A stretch of 64,000 nt of DNA from Phormidesmis sp. (GCA_965248535.1 CBDFJR010000005.1:608001-672000), one strand, 5' to 3'. Numbered from the stretch's first letter, positions 40,186 to 50,744 are shown. Notes: generated from the letters alone by a model not told the origin. A program made the numbers and translations.

Positions 40186-40941
40186 ATGAAGGACGAAGAA
40201 GACTTAGCGCCATTGCCAGACTTGGCTGATCTGTGGCAAGAGACGCTCAACTGGCAGCCAGATAGCCCTCAGCAATCTCAGTTTCAACGTTTTTATGAAC
40301 TGATTTTAGAGAGCAATCGACAGCTTAACCTGACCCGGATCACAGAACCCTCTGAGTTTTGGGAAAAGCATTTATGGGATTCTCTGCGGGGAATTGTGCG
40401 GCTTCTAAAGTCACTCCCTACGCCTAGTTCTTCGCCGTTTTGCGCGATCGACATCGGCACGGGGGCAGGCATTCCGGGGGTGCCTGTGGCGATCGTGCGT
40501 CCTGACTGGACGGTGACGCTGCTAGACTCGACGCGCAAAAAAATTAGCTTTGTCCAGAGCGCCGTTGAGACTTTGGAGCTAAAAAACATCAAAACCGCCG
40601 TGGATCGCGTCGAGCAGATCGGGCACGATCGCTATCATCGTGAACACTATGATTTGGCGCTGATTCGAGCCGTGGCCACCGCTTCGGTCTGTGCAGAATA
40701 TGCGCTGCCGTTGCTGAAAGTGGGTGGCGTTGCCATTCTCTATCGCGGGCAATGGACAACGGAGGAAGCCCAAGGGTTAGCGCTGGCAGTCGAGCAGTTG
40801 GGCGGCACGATCGAGGCAACCGATGGATTTGTGACTCCCCTCACCCAAAGCACTCGCCACTGCATTTATCTCCGCAAAGTTGCCCTCACGCCGACGACTT
40901 TTCCACGCACGATCGGCATTCCGACTCAAGATCCCTTGTAG
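40186..40941 (+). CDS. rsmG: 16S rRNA m7G527 methyltransferase
   Basis: NLTRI, KHLWDSL, DIGTGAGIPG, LLDSTRKK, RAVA. Confidence 0.93.
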   Translation: MKDEEDLAPLPDLADLWQETLNWQPDSPQQSQFQRFYELILESNRQLNLTRITEPSEFWEKHLWDSLRGIVRLLKSLPTPSSSPFCAIDIGTGAGIPGVPVAIVRPDWTVTLLDSTRKKISFVQSAVETLELKNIKTAVDRVEQIGHDRYHREHYDLALIRAVATASVCAEYALPLLKVGGVAILYRGQWTTEEAQGLALAVEQLGGTIEATDGFVTPLTQSTRHCIYLRKVALTPTTFPRTIGIPTQDPL

Positions 40942-41035
40942 AGTCATTCACAGCAAGATTTTTGAGCACAAGACAATTAGCGAGACTCAATAACAGTTAA
41001 TCCACCATATCTATAAAGACGTTCAGATATAGGAT

Positions 41036-42043
41036 CTATCTTTTGCTTTTAGGCAGCGGCGATCGCTCACTTTGCTGAAACTCTAGCCAAGATTTTTGCA
41101 CCTCGTCAGGAGCGGGATGCTGACTGTCATAAATCGCAATCACGTTGGTGAGCGGTCGCCCAGCCGACTGAAGAATTTTGCTGCCTTGGGCCAGCGCCAA
41201 GGAGGTGCCCCCATCTAGGTTCATCGCCTCGTGGCAGCCGAGAGATTTCATAATCGCCGCTTCTTTTTTGAGCGAAACCTGGCTGCGAAAAGTCACGAGC
41301 AGTAGCCGTTTACCATGTTCAGGAAACCCGATCGCTGCTCTAACCGCCACCCCCATCACCGCCGGATCAGCAAACCCCTCCTGCTGGGGATTGACCCAAA
41401 TCTTGCCTCGCTTCAGCAGTCTCGGCCCGGCGGTGAGAGAAAACCAGTGCTGTTGCCATTGCGGTTTCCCATCGACCCGCGCTGTGGTCATTTCAGGGCG
41501 ATTCCCGCGTCGCAGCCCCAAGGTTGTGCCGTAATTCTCCCACGGGCTGTATTTGAGAAATTTGCCGCTTGACACCAAATTGCCCATGACCCGCTTTTGG
41601 GCATCGATGCTAAAAAAGGTGCCATTAGCCGTGATGGCAGCCTGAGAGCGACGCACCAGATCTAAAAACGCCTCATCGCCCCGCGTTGAGTAACGGCTGT
41701 TTGCCTGGGTTGCCCGGTTTGCTAACTCGACGCTGACAAAGGTTTTGGGGTCGGTGAGGTCGATCGTTGTGACATAGATGGCAGTTCCGGCAATGCGGCG
41801 ATCGCTGACAGTGATCGGACGGCTAGGCACCGAGAAGTCAATCGGTTCGCGTTTGAGTTGATCAAATTTATCAACGCTGACCTCAACCGGATGCTGCGAC
41901 AAATCCGACGGGGTAGGCTTGAGCGAAAACAGCATCGTAGACAAAAATAGGGCAGACCCGACGGCTGCCGAGATACCGCCAAAACACGACACAACCCAAT
42001 GAAACGCTCTGCGGCGGCGATCGGACTTAACTCGGCTCTGCAT
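41036..42043 (-). CDS. Phosphodiester glycosidase (NAGPA-like) family protein
   Basis: ANGTFF, AGPRLL, RAAIG, AMNLDGGTS; N-terminal TM anchor. Confidence 0.82.
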   Translation of the reverse strand: MQSRVKSDRRRRAFHWVVSCFGGISAAVGSALFLSTMLFSLKPTPSDLSQHPVEVSVDKFDQLKREPIDFSVPSRPITVSDRRIAGTAIYVTTIDLTDPKTFVSVELANRATQANSRYSTRGDEAFLDLVRRSQAAITANGTFFSIDAQKRVMGNLVSSGKFLKYSPWENYGTTLGLRRGNRPEMTTARVDGKPQWQQHWFSLTAGPRLLKRGKIWVNPQQEGFADPAVMGVAVRAAIGFPEHGKRLLLVTFRSQVSLKKEAAIMKSLGCHEAMNLDGGTSLALAQGSKILQSAGRPLTNVIAIYDSQHPAPDEVQKSWLEFQQSERSPLPKSKR

Positions 42044-42202
42044 CAAACCTTTCTAAAACGCTCTGTCGAGTATGCCCTGCTTGATTTAATCGTTCAAGCC
42101 TGATTAAGAAGACTTATTAAGTGGATGTCAAGATTAAATGCCCAATCATCTCTCCGACAGCCTTGAGCAAATCAGGATTAAAATTGCAAATGCTGCCCCA
42201 TT

Positions 42203-42814
42203 TTGGAGTTGTCTGTGAGTTCTTCGACGCTGCCCACCATCAAGTTTTTGCAACAACCCACCTCTGCGGCTTGGGTTGAGCAAGCTCTTGCCAACCTTGA
42301 CACCCTTTTGCTCGATCACTCCCACTGCGAACGCAAAGCCGCCGGGGTCGCCCTCAATCTGATGTTTCGCTACCCGTCTAAGTCCAAACTGGTGAGAACG
42401 CTGACGGCGATCGCTCAAGAAGAATTGCAGCACTTTGAGCAAGTCAACCAGATTTTAGAGCAGCGCAATATTCCCCTAGCTCCCCTCGCGGCCCCACCCT
42501 ATGGCGCAGGGTTAGCCAAACAGATGCGTCGTGACGAACCCGATCGCCTCCTTGATGCGCTGCTCATCGCCGGGCTGATCGAAGCGCGCAGCCACGAGCG
42601 TTTAGGTTTGTTGGGCACTCACTGCCCAGAGCCTGACTTGGCCCGTTTCTATCGCGGCTTAATGGCCTCTGAAGCGCGTCACTACGGCGCTTATTGGACG
42701 TTGGCAGACACTTATTTTGAGCGATCGGCTCTCAACCATCGACTAGAAGAATTAGCCCAGGTCGAAAGTGATCTCCTGCTAACGCTGCACCCGCATCCTA
42801 GAATTCACAGCTAA
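42203..42814 (+). CDS. miaE: tRNA-(ms2io6A37) hydroxylase
   Basis: DHSHCERKAA, EELQHF, IEARSHER, SEARH di-iron motifs. Confidence 0.92.
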   Translation: MELSVSSSTLPTIKFLQQPTSAAWVEQALANLDTLLLDHSHCERKAAGVALNLMFRYPSKSKLVRTLTAIAQEELQHFEQVNQILEQRNIPLAPLAAPPYGAGLAKQMRRDEPDRLLDALLIAGLIEARSHERLGLLGTHCPEPDLARFYRGLMASEARHYGAYWTLADTYFERSALNHRLEELAQVESDLLLTLHPHPRIHS

Positions 42815-42826
42815 CACCGGGTCGGC

Positions 42827-43084
42827 TCACCGCAAAAACGGTGGTCGGCGCAGATCGGCAGGTTTGGTTTTCACCACTTCCCCCATAAAGCATTTCAGGG
42901 CTTTTTCTCGGTTTTTCATAAACGCTGCCCAAAAACCAGGGTGAAACTCTTCCATCGTCTTGGCCAATGCCCAGACGTCAACCGCCAAAACGTTGTAGAG
43001 CGTTTCATCTTCTTTTTTAAGCGAGTCAATCTGATCAGGCACCGACCCTTTTGGTGAAACGCGATGACCGTCATTGTTCAGCAC
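42827..43084 (-). CDS. Small hypothetical protein (85 aa)
   Basis: GTG-start ORF filling the gap between miaE and the DUF2854 gene; protein-like composition; no family recognised. Confidence 0.55.
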   Translation of the reverse strand: MLNNDGHRVSPKGSVPDQIDSLKKEDETLYNVLAVDVWALAKTMEEFHPGFWAAFMKNREKALKCFMGEVVKTKPADLRRPPFLR

Positions 43085-43274
43085 GATAGAGGCTCCCGAT
43101 GAGAAGTGAATAGAATGAGCTTGGCTTCTACCACAGTTATACTTGATACCTTGAGAAAGTCAGCTACGGAGGCTCGATCGCGCTAATCAGACTTTCCTCG
43201 CCCATGGACAACCTGAGAAGGCACCGAACCAGTAATAATTAAAAGTAAGCCATTATTTTGAGCAGATAAGCCCT

Positions 43275-43841
43275 ATGTTACGTCGAATTTCCTTAGCGTT
43301 GGTCGGCTTGGTCGTCGGCGGAGTGTTAACAATCGTTGGGTTTGCTGCTTACTTTTTAAACTACTCGACGCTGAATCTAGTGGGCTTTTTTTATGGCATT
43401 CCGCTGCTGTTAGGGGGGCTAGCCCTCAAAGCCTCTGAGCTAGAACCTGTGCCGCTAATGGAACCTACCCCAGCCTCAGTTTTAGAGCTTCGGCAGACCC
43501 AAGCCACTCCCACCCAAGTCCAAATTCTCAAAGATGTGACTCGCTTTCGCTATGGGCAGCAGGCCCATTTAGATCTCTCCCTCGGTCATTTGGGGTTAAG
43601 CCCGACGGATGATGAGCGCCCGATCTTGAGAGGAGTGCGAGAAACTGAAGTGGACGGAGCCTATACCCTAATTCTCAATTTTGAATCGCTTCTGGTGCCG
43701 TTTGAGACCTGGCAAACAAAGCAGGAAAAAATGACAACCTTCTTTGGCCCCCATGTGAAAGTGGCGCTAGATAGCCCAGCACCCGATCGGGTCGAAGTTG
43801 CCCTAATCTCAGCACCCGAAGCCGCTTCAGAACCAGTCTAA
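43275..43841 (+). CDS. DUF2854-family membrane protein
   Basis: GFFYGIPLLLGGLALK..EL.P, DVTRFRYGQQAHL, FFGP. Confidence 0.8.
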   Translation: MLRRISLALVGLVVGGVLTIVGFAAYFLNYSTLNLVGFFYGIPLLLGGLALKASELEPVPLMEPTPASVLELRQTQATPTQVQILKDVTRFRYGQQAHLDLSLGHLGLSPTDDERPILRGVRETEVDGAYTLILNFESLLVPFETWQTKQEKMTTFFGPHVKVALDSPAPDRVEVALISAPEAASEPV

Positions 43842-43843
43842 AC

Positions 43844-44101
43844 TCATTTCTCTAAGCGCACTGCATACCACTGAAGATAGTCTCCTGTGCCCACATCTAG
43901 GTCACAGGCAGTATCCAATAATTGTTTTGCCTGCTCGTCAACGGATGATAGCGATCGTAGATCTCTCGGCAAATTATCTTGATGCTGAGAGAGCACCGAT
44001 CGCAGCTTTTCTAACATCTCTGCGGCCGTCAAGAACTGTTCTGGCTGATTGGTTTCTAACACCACAAAGTGGTCTTCTCGATACATTAAAGAATCGGGCA
44101 T
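43844..44101 (-). CDS. crr7: Chlororespiratory reduction 7 (CRR7)-family NDH assembly protein
   Basis: MPDSLMY.EDHFVVLE...EQFLT...LQWYAVRLEK. Confidence 0.82.
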   Translation of the reverse strand: MPDSLMYREDHFVVLETNQPEQFLTAAEMLEKLRSVLSQHQDNLPRDLRSLSSVDEQAKQLLDTACDLDVGTGDYLQWYAVRLEK

Positions 44102-44253
44102 GGTGGCTCCTGACAATCAGCCTCTATTTTGACATTTACTGATTGAGGTAGATGCAGAAAGTCGTCGAAATCCTCCACGAGTAGGAGCTTTTGACCCAAA
44201 AGCAGTGCTATTAAGGTAAAGACAATGTAATCACCACAGATTATTAAAACTCT

Positions 44254-45210
44254 ATGTTGCGTTCAGCCCGTCTGATTTTTAACCCGGTCGCAGGTCAGAG
44301 CAACCCCGATCTCGATCTCCAGCTAATTCGATCGCTGTTAGCAGAGATTGATTTAGAGGTTGTTCAGACTACTCCAGAAGTTGGGGCAGACGAGTTGGCA
44401 CGGCAAGCAGTCGAGCAGGGAGTCGATGCGGTGATTGCCTCTGGGGGAGACGGCACCCTGTCGGCCGCGGCTAACGCCCTGATTGGCACCCACATTCCCT
44501 TAGGGGTAATTGCGAGGGGCACGGCCAATGCCTTTGCTAATGCTCTGGGCATTCCGACGACGATCGAGCTTGCCTGTGAAACAATCTTGCAGGGGCAAAC
44601 CAAAACTGTAGATGTCGCCTCTTGCAACGGTCAGCCCATGGTGCTGTTGGCGGGCATTGGGTTTGAGGCCGAAGCGGTCGAACTGGCAGACCGAGAGGCA
44701 AAAAATCGGTTTGGGATGCTGGCCTACGTTCTGGCAGGCTTTCAAGCGCTGCGAAATATGAAGCGCTTTGAGGCCCATATTGAAACCGAAGACAGAATTA
44801 TTTCAGTCGAGGCCTGTGCGCTCACGGTGGCTAATGCGGCTCCTCCCACCTCTGTTTTGGCCCAAGGCCCAGCAGGGTTGGTCATTGATGACGGCTTATT
44901 GGATCTGACGATCGTGGCCCCCGCTACCAAAGCAGGAGCGATCGCGGCAACCTATCATCTGTTTCAATCGGCGCTATCGGGCAACCCCACCGAGCGAGAT
45001 GATATCGGCTATCTGCGGGCCAAGCAGTTTAAAATCACGACCGAGCCGCCGCAAAAAGTGGTGGTTGATGGCGAGATGATTGGCACTACCCCGATCGAGA
45101 TTCAGTGCATCTCTGCCGGACTGACGATCTTCGTGCCGACTGTTGAAGAAGCCGCACCGAGCGAAAAACTTGAAGGACTTCCCCACTTAGTGATCGAAAC
45201 CAAATATTAA
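44254..45210 (+). CDS. YegS/BmrU-family lipid kinase
   Basis: IFNPVAG, ASGGDGT, RGTANAFA, DDGLLD, VDGE. Confidence 0.9.
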   Translation: MLRSARLIFNPVAGQSNPDLDLQLIRSLLAEIDLEVVQTTPEVGADELARQAVEQGVDAVIASGGDGTLSAAANALIGTHIPLGVIARGTANAFANALGIPTTIELACETILQGQTKTVDVASCNGQPMVLLAGIGFEAEAVELADREAKNRFGMLAYVLAGFQALRNMKRFEAHIETEDRIISVEACALTVANAAPPTSVLAQGPAGLVIDDGLLDLTIVAPATKAGAIAATYHLFQSALSGNPTERDDIGYLRAKQFKITTEPPQKVVVDGEMIGTTPIEIQCISAGLTIFVPTVEEAAPSEKLEGLPHLVIETKY

Positions 45211-45415
45211 CGCGCCTTGATCTCACCCTGACTTGCAGAAACTGCCATATAACTAAATAAGCCATCAAAAGAATTCCGATCGCTCGAAAGATCAAGGGGC
45301 TGAGGCAACACTATTGAGGCTGAAATTAGTTTCTGCCCCGATCCCCTTCGAGGATGTGGAAAAATGAGGTAGCGGTTCTGAGTTCCTGGTCAGTTATCAG
45401 TGAGATCAACGTTGA

Positions 45416-48400
45416 ATGCTTGCAGTAAATGTTGAGTGGGCCTTTCTGAGTGCGAACGCGATCGCCGCGCTCTGCAATGTCACGGTCTTGGTGGCGATCG
45501 TCCGTCGCTTGAGGCAGCGGCAGCGGCGATTTCCCTTTGAGACTCGCCTGCTGACCTACTCCCCCGGTGACCCCCGGCAAGAACAGTCCGAGGCGCTGCA
45601 TCGCCAGTCTGTAGCGGTCGAAGCTGCGATCGACGGCATTGCTATCTTCGACAGCCAGGGGTGCTTTCTCTATGTCAACGATGCCCTAGTGCGAATTTTT
45701 GGCTACCGCGACAGCCAAGAGCTAGTGGGCAGATTTTGGCACGAGCTTTACTATGGTGACGAAATTGCTCGACTAGAGCGCGACGTGATTCCCTTTCTCA
45801 AACAAAATGGGCAGTGGCGGGGTGAAGCGATCGCCAAAAAACCCGACGGCAGCACGTTTTTTGAAGAAGTCTCTCTAACGCTCACCGAAGACGGGTTTAT
45901 CTGCATCTGTCGAGATATCACCGAAGCAAAGCAAGCCGAGATTCGCCTAAGACTGCTTGAGCGAGCGATCAGTGCCAGCAGCAACGGCATTATCATCACC
46001 GATGCACGACAGTCTGACAACCCGATGATCTATGTCAACCCAGGGTTTGAGCGGATGACGGGCTACCGGGCAGGCGAAGTATTGGGCAAAAATGGCCGCT
46101 TTCTCGAAGGGCCCGAGGCCAACCAGCCCGCGCTAGCCCATCTCCGCAGCGCCATCAAAGCTGGGTCAGACTGCATTGTCAATCTGCGAAACTATCGCAA
46201 AGACGGCAGACTATTTTGGAACGAGCTATCCATTTCACCCGTGCGAGACTCTGAGGGGCGCTTGACTCACTACATTGGGGTGCAGACCGACACCACTGAG
46301 CGCAAACGGACTGAAGACGCGCTGCAACGACAATTTCAGCGCACGCTGCTGCTCAAACAGATCACCCAAGAGATTCGTCAAAGTTTAGACAGTCAGCAGA
46401 TTGTGCAGACGACCGCGACCCAAGTCGGGCGGGCATTTCGGGTTAATCGCTGTTTGATTCACGCCTATGTGATTACGCCAGAAGATGCCTTGCTGTCTGG
46501 GTTTGAGCTATCTCAACTGGGGGCATCTTTTCCCCAGATTCCACGGGTTGCTGAATATCTAGAGCTAGACTGCTGTGACTCGGTGTCTGATGTTGAGATT
46601 TCGATCGAGGGCAACCCCTACACTGAGGCGGTGTTAGGGCACGATCGGGCGATCGCCTCCCCCGATGTCAACGTCGATCCGCTCCTGATTCCTGTGGCAG
46701 ATCTCTGTCGGCAACTCCATCTCAAATCAATGCTGACGGTTCGCACGTCTTATCAAGGGGAAACCAACGGTGTGATTGGCTTGCACCAGTGCGATCGATT
46801 TCGGCAGTGGAGCGAAGACGAAATCGAACTTCTAGAGGCGGTTGCAGACCAGGTAGGCATTGCCCTAGCGCAAGCTCGGCTGCTCAAGCAAGAAACCCTT
46901 CAGCGAGAAAAACTCACCGAACAGAACTTTGCCCTCGAAAAAGCCAAACGAGTTGCAGAATCGGCCAACCGCGCCAAAAGTGAGTTTTTGGCAACCATGA
47001 GCCACGAAATTCGCACCCCGATGAATGCGGTGATTGGGTTGACGGGGTTGCTGCTAGATATGAAGCTGACCTATCAGCAGCGCGACTTTATCGAGACCAT
47101 TCGCAGCAGTGGCGACAGCTTGCTGACGATTATTAACGAAATTTTAGACTTCTCAAAAATCGAGTCGGGCAAACTAGAGCTAGAGCAGCAGCCGTTTAAT
47201 CTGCAAGCCTGCATCGGAGAGTCGATCGATCTCTTAGTCGCCAAAGCAGCCGAAAAAGACCTGCATCTGTCTTATCAGATCACACCCCAAGTGCCGACGG
47301 TGATTTTAGGAGACATCACCCGGCTGCGGCAGGTGTTGGTCAATCTTCTCAGCAACGCCATCAAGTTTACTGACGCAGGGCGGATCGTGGTTTGGGTGGA
47401 TGCGCGTCAATTGCCCGACAAAAGAACGGATTCTAAGCTCCAATCGCCAAAGTCTAGCCTGCAAACCCCAACCTATGAGCTACAGTTTGCTGTTAAAGAC
47501 ACGGGAATTGGCATTCCGCCCGATCGCATGGAGCGGCTGTTTAAATCCTTTAGCCAGGTCGATTCTTCCACCAGCCGACAATATGGGGGCACGGGGCTGG
47601 GGCTAGCGATCAGCAAGCGTCTCAGCGAGTTGATGGGCGGGCGGATGTGGGTTGAAAGTCGCGGTCAAATTGGGGGCGATTGCCCCGCTTACTATCGCAA
47701 ACTGAGCGGGCTAGACGCAGCCCAGAGTCAGCCGCAGGGATCGACGTTTTGCTTTACGATCGTCACCAGTCCCGGCAGTGCCGATCTCACCGCGATCGCT
47801 GAAGAGACCCCCGATCGCCTCAGGTCTGAGAAAGCCGTAGACTCTGATCTCGCTTCATCTGGCTTAGAGTCTTTAAGAACTTTATCGCGCATCCTTCCCT
47901 CCCTCAGCCCTCAGCCACAGCCGCTGAGAATTTTGCTAGCCGAAGATAACGTCGTCAACCAAAAGGTGGCGCTGCACCTGCTGCAACGCTTGGGCTATCG
48001 AGCCGACATTGCCGGAAACGGCTTAGAAGTATTAGAGGCCCTTCATCGCCAGACCTATGATGTTGTGCTGATGGATGTGCAAATGCCAGAAATGGATGGA
48101 CTAACTGCCACAGAGCGCATTTGTCAAGAGTGGCCGGTGGGCAAACGCCCCCAAGTGGTTGCGATGACGGCCAATGCAATGGAGGGCGATCGCCAGATTT
48201 GTCTCAACGCCGGAATGAGGGATTATCTCAGCAAACCCATTCGGATCGAGGCTCTAAAACTGGCCCTCAGCCAATGTCAGCCGTTGAGCAGCCCAGAGAC
48301 AGGGCTATCTAGCTCGCCCTCAAGCACGGCTCAGGTCGCGGCCTCTATTTCCATCCAAACAGCCGTTAGTGCCCACGCACTGCGAGACATTGGTGGTTTA

Positions 48401-48712
48401 TCAGGCGATAATGGCCCCTTACTCACTGAGATCATTCGTAGCTATTTAACGGATGCCTTAAAACTCATTCAAGAGATTAAAACCTCAGTTCAGGTCGGAG
48501 ATTTCTTTGCGCTTCAGCAGACCGCGCACACGCTCAAGTCCACCAGTGCTATGTTAGGCGCAACTCCCCTATCTGAGTTGTGCCAGGAGTTAGAGAAAAT
48601 GGCTCAAATGGGAAGTCTAGAAAGCATTGCCTCAAAAGTGCGCCAACTGGAGGCGGAATACGATCGTGTCAAAGCCTCGCTTCAAATGGAACTTCAGCAA
48701 TGTCAGAGATAA
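45416..48712 (+). CDS. Hybrid histidine kinase PAS-PAS(LOV-like)-GAF-HisKA-HATPase-REC-HPt
   Basis: MSHEIRTPMN, NLLSNAIKFT, DTGIGI, GGTGLGL; REC (LAEDN, VLMDVQMP); HPt AHTLKSTS. Confidence 0.93.
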   Translation: MLAVNVEWAFLSANAIAALCNVTVLVAIVRRLRQRQRRFPFETRLLTYSPGDPRQEQSEALHRQSVAVEAAIDGIAIFDSQGCFLYVNDALVRIFGYRDSQELVGRFWHELYYGDEIARLERDVIPFLKQNGQWRGEAIAKKPDGSTFFEEVSLTLTEDGFICICRDITEAKQAEIRLRLLERAISASSNGIIITDARQSDNPMIYVNPGFERMTGYRAGEVLGKNGRFLEGPEANQPALAHLRSAIKAGSDCIVNLRNYRKDGRLFWNELSISPVRDSEGRLTHYIGVQTDTTERKRTEDALQRQFQRTLLLKQITQEIRQSLDSQQIVQTTATQVGRAFRVNRCLIHAYVITPEDALLSGFELSQLGASFPQIPRVAEYLELDCCDSVSDVEISIEGNPYTEAVLGHDRAIASPDVNVDPLLIPVADLCRQLHLKSMLTVRTSYQGETNGVIGLHQCDRFRQWSEDEIELLEAVADQVGIALAQARLLKQETLQREKLTEQNFALEKAKRVAESANRAKSEFLATMSHEIRTPMNAVIGLTGLLLDMKLTYQQRDFIETIRSSGDSLLTIINEILDFSKIESGKLELEQQPFNLQACIGESIDLLVAKAAEKDLHLSYQITPQVPTVILGDITRLRQVLVNLLSNAIKFTDAGRIVVWVDARQLPDKRTDSKLQSPKSSLQTPTYELQFAVKDTGIGIPPDRMERLFKSFSQVDSSTSRQYGGTGLGLAISKRLSELMGGRMWVESRGQIGGDCPAYYRKLSGLDAAQSQPQGSTFCFTIVTSPGSADLTAIAEETPDRLRSEKAVDSDLASSGLESLRTLSRILPSLSPQPQPLRILLAEDNVVNQKVALHLLQRLGYRADIAGNGLEVLEALHRQTYDVVLMDVQMPEMDGLTATERICQEWPVGKRPQVVAMTANAMEGDRQICLNAGMRDYLSKPIRIEALKLALSQCQPLSSPETGLSSSPSSTAQVAASISIQTAVSAHALRDIGGLSGDNGPLLTEIIRSYLTDALKLIQEIKTSVQVGDFFALQQTAHTLKSTSAMLGATPLSELCQELEKMAQMGSLESIASKVRQLEAEYDRVKASLQMELQQCQR

Positions 48713-49656
48713 CGCCCTCTCACACGCCCCCGCTGATCTTGATTGCAGATGACGACAAGACCACTCGCATGGGTCTGCGTCAAGCGATGGAGCAAGAAGG
48801 CTATCAGGTTGTAGAGGCGATCGACGGCGAGAGTTGCGTGGCGCTGTTTTCTCGCTTGCATCCTGATGTCGTGTTGCTGGATGCGATCATGCCGATTATG
48901 GATGGCTTTGCTTGCTGCGCCCGCATTCAGCAACTGCAAGGCAGCACTCGGACTCCGGTGCTGATGATTACGGGGCTTGAAGATCAAGACTCGGTGGATC
49001 AGGCTTTTACAGCCGGGGCAGTCGATTACATCACAAAGCCGATTCACTGGGCGGTGCTGCGGCAGCGAGTTCGCCGACTGATTCAGCAGGTTAGACTCTA
49101 TCAGCAGCTTGAAGATGCCAACTCTGAGCTTCAGCGCCTGGCCACGGTCGATGGTTTAACTCAAGTCGCAAACCGTCGTCGCTTTGATGAATATCTAGAC
49201 GATGAATGGCAGCGGATGATGCGAGAGCAACTGCCCTTATCGCTAATCTTGTGCGACATTGACTGTTTTAAGCTTTTTAATGACACCTATGGGCATCAAG
49301 CAGGCGATGACTGCTTGCGAAAGGTGGCTCAGGTGATGCAATCGGCGGCAAAACGGGCGATCGATCTCTGTGCCCGCTATGGCGGCGAAGAATTTGCGGT
49401 GGTCTTGCCCCACACTGAGCGGCTAGGAGCTATTCAGGTGGCTCAGGGGATTGGGAGCGGCGTTAAAGCGCTAAAGATTACTCATGCCAGTTCTAAAGTG
49501 ACTCGTGTGGTGACGGTTAGCTTGGGGGTTGCCACAACGATACCCAGTCTAGACAGCAGCCTTGAGAGGCTGATTATGGCAGCCGATAAGGCCCTCTACC
49601 AGGCAAAAGCTGCTGGGCGCGATCGCGTTTGCACTCAAATGATCAAATCAAGCTAG
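48700..49656 (+). CDS. REC-GGDEF diguanylate cyclase (PleD/WspR-like)
   Basis: REC (IADDD, LLDAIMP), DGLTQVANRR, I-site RAID, GGEEF; overlaps the kinase stop. Confidence 0.92.
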   Translation: MSEITPSHTPPLILIADDDKTTRMGLRQAMEQEGYQVVEAIDGESCVALFSRLHPDVVLLDAIMPIMDGFACCARIQQLQGSTRTPVLMITGLEDQDSVDQAFTAGAVDYITKPIHWAVLRQRVRRLIQQVRLYQQLEDANSELQRLATVDGLTQVANRRRFDEYLDDEWQRMMREQLPLSLILCDIDCFKLFNDTYGHQAGDDCLRKVAQVMQSAAKRAIDLCARYGGEEFAVVLPHTERLGAIQVAQGIGSGVKALKITHASSKVTRVVTVSLGVATTIPSLDSSLERLIMAADKALYQAKAAGRDRVCTQMIKSS

Positions 49657-50100
49657 GCATTGCCAATGAGGACAGGCCATGAGCGTGCGATCGCTCAGGC
49701 TGCCTTGAGTCAGATCGAACTGGTTACCACGAGTCAGTTGATAGCTCGCACCTTGGCAAAGCCTATCGTTAGAAAATAGCGGTTTTATAGTTAGCCAAGA
49801 ATTATTAATTCTCAGCTTTTTTTGTGTGACACTTTGCAAACAGACCATCTCTTATCTATTAGGAGAAGTCTGCATATTACAACTGAAATGTAGAGAGGTT
49901 AGTGCCCTAAGCATTTTAACAACTCTAGGTTCCTTACTCAAGAATTCAAAGATTTCTACTGACAAACACAGAGCTTCAAGACTCCTTCAATAAGCCTTTA
50001 ACTCGTAGAAATCAAAAGAACTTTCAGGAACAAATCACTCTCTTCTTACGACTCTAAAAGTAAGAGAAACACAAACACTAAAGTACTCAGAGAACCGAAC

Positions 50101-50631
50101 ATGAAACTCTCTTTTAAGACCCTCTCAACTCTTTCTGCCCTCTCTGCTCTGGTTCTGGTTCCTGCCTTTTTGGGTGCAGGCTCCGCTTCTGCACAGCCCG
50201 TTCGCTTCGACGGCAGCTATGTGGGTGCAGGCATCTCGGCAGGCGTAACCAATGGCGGTCGCGACAATGATGCTGCTGTGTTTGGCGGCAACGTTCAAGG
50301 TCGCTTTGCAGTGCCTAATGCACCCGTTTCTGTCCGAGGAGCGGTGCTCTTCACAGGCGACAACAGCGCTGTGATTCCTAGTGTGACCTACGATTTGCCC
50401 ATCAACAGCAAGACAAACGTCTATGTCGGGCCCGGATATTCCTTTGTGCAAAACAACGATCGCTCCTCTCAAATCGGCAACAAAGACTCAGCCGTGCTGA
50501 CGGCGGGCGTAGAATCTCAAGTTGCAAAAGGGGTCGTAGTCTACAGTGATGCTAAGTATGGCATCAACGCTTATCAAGGCAGTGGCGCTGGGTCGCTGAG
50601 TGTGCAAGCTGGAGTTGGCGTTCAGTTCTAA
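50101..50631 (+). CDS. Small outer-membrane beta-barrel protein
   Basis: Signal peptide, alternating amphipathic strands, terminal Phe (QAGVGVQF). Confidence 0.8.
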   Translation: MKLSFKTLSTLSALSALVLVPAFLGAGSASAQPVRFDGSYVGAGISAGVTNGGRDNDAAVFGGNVQGRFAVPNAPVSVRGAVLFTGDNSAVIPSVTYDLPINSKTNVYVGPGYSFVQNNDRSSQIGNKDSAVLTAGVESQVAKGVVVYSDAKYGINAYQGSGAGSLSVQAGVGVQF

Positions 50632-50708
50632 GTCAACCTAGTTTTTGATTCTAACTCGTTTGTTTCCTGCTAGGGCATTCTGTTAAGTTCAACGCCAATT
50701 ACAGTGTG

Positions 50709-50744
50709 AACGATTCTCAGTCTATCGATTGAGAATCGTTTTTT
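50709..50744 (+). terminator. Intrinsic terminator
   Basis: AACGATTCTC...GAGAATCGTT followed by TTTT. Confidence 0.8.

Noticed and set aside
49657..50100. Possible sRNA or small ORF in the long AT-rich gap before the beta-barrel gene
   Set aside because: No convincing terminator, RBS-led ORF or recognisable structure; consistent with a promoter region
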